Of a stretch of 49,747 nucleotides of DNA, positions 47,600-49,747 are shown piece by piece; position 1 is the first letter of the stretch, and every line of letters begins with the position of its first letter. The translations under genes and the position numbers were made by a program. The notes beneath the pieces are model-generated. The model was not told the origin of the DNA, made no database searches, and worked only from the letters and a program-made list of their open reading frames with translations. Source of the stretch: a virus. The stretch lies in the IMG/VR virus record IMGVR_UViG_3300000032_000001. One strand, written 5' to 3'.

Positions 47600-48950
47600 T
47601 CCTTGCCTTCACCGCTTCCAGCAAGGCATTTTGCCCTGTTGCCTTACGGTTCAGAACGTTCATCACGTCTTCGTCAATTGTGCCTTCAGCGACCAGGTGA
47701 TGCACAATAACGCTCTCCTGCTGGCCCTGCCTGTCCAATCTTGCATTAGCCTGCTCATAGCTCTCCAGTGACCAGGTGAGGCCGAACCAAACGATAATAC
47801 TTCCCCCGGCCTGAAGGTTCAGCCCGTGCCCGGCGGAAGCCGGATGAGCCAGAGCTACCGAGATCAGGCCGGTATTCCAGTCTTCGATATCCGCAGAGGT
47901 GTTCAATGCCCGAGGCTTATATCCCCGTAAAAAAGTATTAAGGCGGTCATAATCATGCCTGTAGGCGTAAAATACCAGGACCGGCTTTCCGTTTGCCGCT
48001 TCCAGAATATCTCCCAGGGCTTCAAGTTTTGCATCATGGAAGGCCCTGGCTTTCCCGAACTCATCATAAACCGCTCCATTTGCCATCTGTAAAAGCTTGT
48101 TAGTCAGCACGGCAGCCGTTCCGGCAACGACATCCCCGCCTACAAGAGGTAATAAAAGCTCACGTTCCAACTTTTCATACTGCTTTTTTGCCGCCGGCGG
48201 AAGTTTAACCGGGACGACCCTGTCAATTCGCTCCGGCAGCTTCAGCCAGTCTTCCGCCGACATGCTAAGACAAAGGTCAGACAGCTTTTGGTAAATTGCT
48301 TTTTCCGCTTCAGGTTTAGGTACCCAGTCAAAAATAACCGTGCGGTTTCGCTTGCCAGGGTTAAAGTATCTGCTGCGATAACCGGTTATCGTCTGGCCCA
48401 GCCGCTCCCCGCGGTCCAGCAAATATATTTGAGCCCACAGATCCATTAATCCGTTTGGCGCCGGCGTGCCGGTCAGCCCTACAATCCGCTTTATCAAAGG
48501 CCGGACTTTACGTAAGGCCCTGAAGCGCCTGGCCTTGGATGATTTAAAGCTCGACAGCTCGTCCACCACTACCATGTCAAAGGGCCATTTTTTACCGTAG
48601 TAATTAACCAGCCATTCAGTATTTTCGCGGTTAATTACCCAGATATCCGCTTTTGAATTCAAGGCAGCAATACGCTGCTGCTCGGATCCAAGGACTTTGG
48701 CTATCCTCAAATGCCGAAGGTGATCCCACTTAACCGATTCACGGCTCCAGGTATCCTCAGCTACCCGCAAAGGAGCTATCACCAGCACCCGGGAAACGTC
48801 AAAATAGTTATAAATTAATTCATCAACAGCGGTAAGGGTAACAGAAGTTTTCCCTAAACCCATGTCGAGAAAAAGGGCCGCGGCTTCCTGGTCAAGTATT
48901 TTGTTTATTGCGTAGGTCTGATAAAGATGAGGCCGATAAATCATTTGCAT
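47580..48950 (-). CDS. SNF2-family helicase
   Basis: 456 aa. Motif I LDMGLGKT, motif II VVDELSSFK, and C-terminal helicase motifs HPASAGHGLNLQ and QANARLDRQGQ. Confidence 0.9.
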   Translation of the reverse strand: MQMIYRPHLYQTYAINKILDQEAAALFLDMGLGKTSVTLTAVDELIYNYFDVSRVLVIAPLRVAEDTWSRESVKWDHLRHLRIAKVLGSEQQRIAALNSKADIWVINRENTEWLVNYYGKKWPFDMVVVDELSSFKSSKARRFRALRKVRPLIKRIVGLTGTPAPNGLMDLWAQIYLLDRGERLGQTITGYRSRYFNPGKRNRTVIFDWVPKPEAEKAIYQKLSDLCLSMSAEDWLKLPERIDRVVPVKLPPAAKKQYEKLERELLLPLVGGDVVAGTAAVLTNKLLQMANGAVYDEFGKARAFHDAKLEALGDILEAANGKPVLVFYAYRHDYDRLNTFLRGYKPRALNTSADIEDWNTGLISVALAHPASAGHGLNLQAGGSIIVWFGLTWSLESYEQANARLDRQGQQESVIVHHLVAEGTIDEDVMNVLNRKATGQNALLEAVKARIERSGA

Positions 48951-49429
48951 ACCTCTGTGATAAAATTTTCTACTTCCTGGATTGAAGCTATTTTATAAGC
49001 TTGAAATCCAAGAGCCCTTAACTCTTCTGCTCTTTTTTCCTGCAGCGGTCTTAATTCCTTTCTCGGCGCTTTCAGTTCCACGAATACAGCCCTGCCTCCT
49101 GGAAGCAGAACAATCCTGTCTGGCATGCCTGCCGTGCCCGGAGATATAAACTTAAAAGCCTTGCCGCCATGTTTCTTGATTTCATTTTTGAATCGACGTT
49201 CAATTGTGTTTTCGATAATGCCTTTATTAGCCTCTTTTTTGTATAGTTTATAAGCTCTTTTGAAAGCAGCTATGGCCCCTTCACAGGCCTGTACTCTCTG
49301 TAAATGAAATAATATTCTTTCAAGGTCATCCGTTTTTGGAAACGTAATATCTCTTTTTGCGTCTTTCGCCAGATCACCAATTAGGCTATCTTTATCCAAA
49401 TATTTTTTTATTAACCAGTTATAAAACAT
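48941..49429 (-). CDS. VRR-NUC domain nuclease
   Basis: GMPDRIVLLPGGRAVFVELKAP...LRPLQ is the D...ExK PD-(D/E)XK signature of VRR-NUC. Confidence 0.8.
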   Translation of the reverse strand: MFYNWLIKKYLDKDSLIGDLAKDAKRDITFPKTDDLERILFHLQRVQACEGAIAAFKRAYKLYKKEANKGIIENTIERRFKNEIKKHGGKAFKFISPGTAGMPDRIVLLPGGRAVFVELKAPRKELRPLQEKRAEELRALGFQAYKIASIQEVENFITEVCK

Positions 49430-49747
49430 TTGTTATTTCCTTCCATATTTTTATACTTCGACGGGTTCGACGGGTTTAGACGGGTTTTCTTATTCCTTCT
49501 CTATATATTTATTTATAGATTTTTTCTTTTATAGATTTATCTATAATTTCTATATTTCTTTACGCATTAATTAAAAAAAGCCGTCTATTCCGTCGAAACC
49601 TTAGCGCACCTAAGCTTTAACCCTTTTTTAAACCCGTCGAACACCCGTCGAAAATTCTATAAACCCGTCGAAGCCCTATATTGTTGAGGAAACCCGTCGA
49701 ACCCGTCGAACCCGTCGAACCCGTCGAAAATTCTATAAACCCGTCGA
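49430..49747. promoter_or_regulatory. Putative origin of replication: inverted iterons, AT-rich unwinding region, then direct CCCGTCGAA iterons continuing into 1..141
   Basis: Inverted copies TTCGACGGG x2 plus TAGACGGG lie at 49457..49488. A tract of roughly 80% A+T by eye lies at 49489..49580. Direct 9-mers start at 49633, 49644, 49664, 49693, 49702, 49711, 49720 and 49739. Confidence 0.65.

Larger units (their letters stand above)
1..49747. mobile_element. Complete temperate contractile-tailed phage genome in excised/circular form with intact attP
   Basis: Full set of replication, lysogeny, packaging, head, contractile tail, baseplate and lysis genes. The integrase and att site are internal rather than at the ends. 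The first 44 nt equal the last 44 nt. Confidence 0.85.

Overview
The window is an essentially complete temperate contractile-tailed phage genome of about 49.7 kb. It is written as a closed circle: the first 44 nt are identical to the last 44 nt. Almost all genes are on the minus strand.

Gene order, reading down the minus strand from 49429:
- VRR-NUC nuclease and SNF2 helicase.
- A protein that keeps only the C-terminal half of an IS110 transposase, then a ParB-like protein.
- A putative late regulator.
- Lambda-like packaging and head genes: TerS, gpA-type TerL, gpW, portal, HK97-type protease and capsid.
- A P2/Mu-like contractile tail and baseplate: sheath, tube, G/GT chaperone, tape measure, X, D, U, gp25/W, J and I.
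- Receptor-binding proteins, holins and an amidase-SLH endolysin.
- A four-gene accessory operon.
- attP, which contains the 3' part of a tRNA-Val flanked by arm repeats.
- Integrase and a CI-like repressor on the plus strand, divergent from a Cro-like gene, with three operators between them.
- Small early genes.
- A replication module of DUF2800, DUF2815, family A DNA polymerase and P4/D5 primase-helicase, ending at an iteron-type origin that spans the window ends.

Most notable observations:
1. Nine tandem hairpin modules of about 55 nt bracket the ParB-like gene and follow the IS110-derived gene. Their closing stems covary and three sequence boxes are invariant. They look like a structured-RNA array that I cannot assign to any known class.
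2. The DNA polymerase is a fractured gene: a split intein with a free-standing GIY-YIG endonuclease ORF between the halves.
3. At least six conserved genes carry single frameshifts. These need read-level verification.

SLH-domain lysin targeting and AGGAGG-type ribosome-binding sites suggest an S-layer-bearing Firmicutes-like host. All functional calls rest on motifs I recognised by eye; no database search was run.
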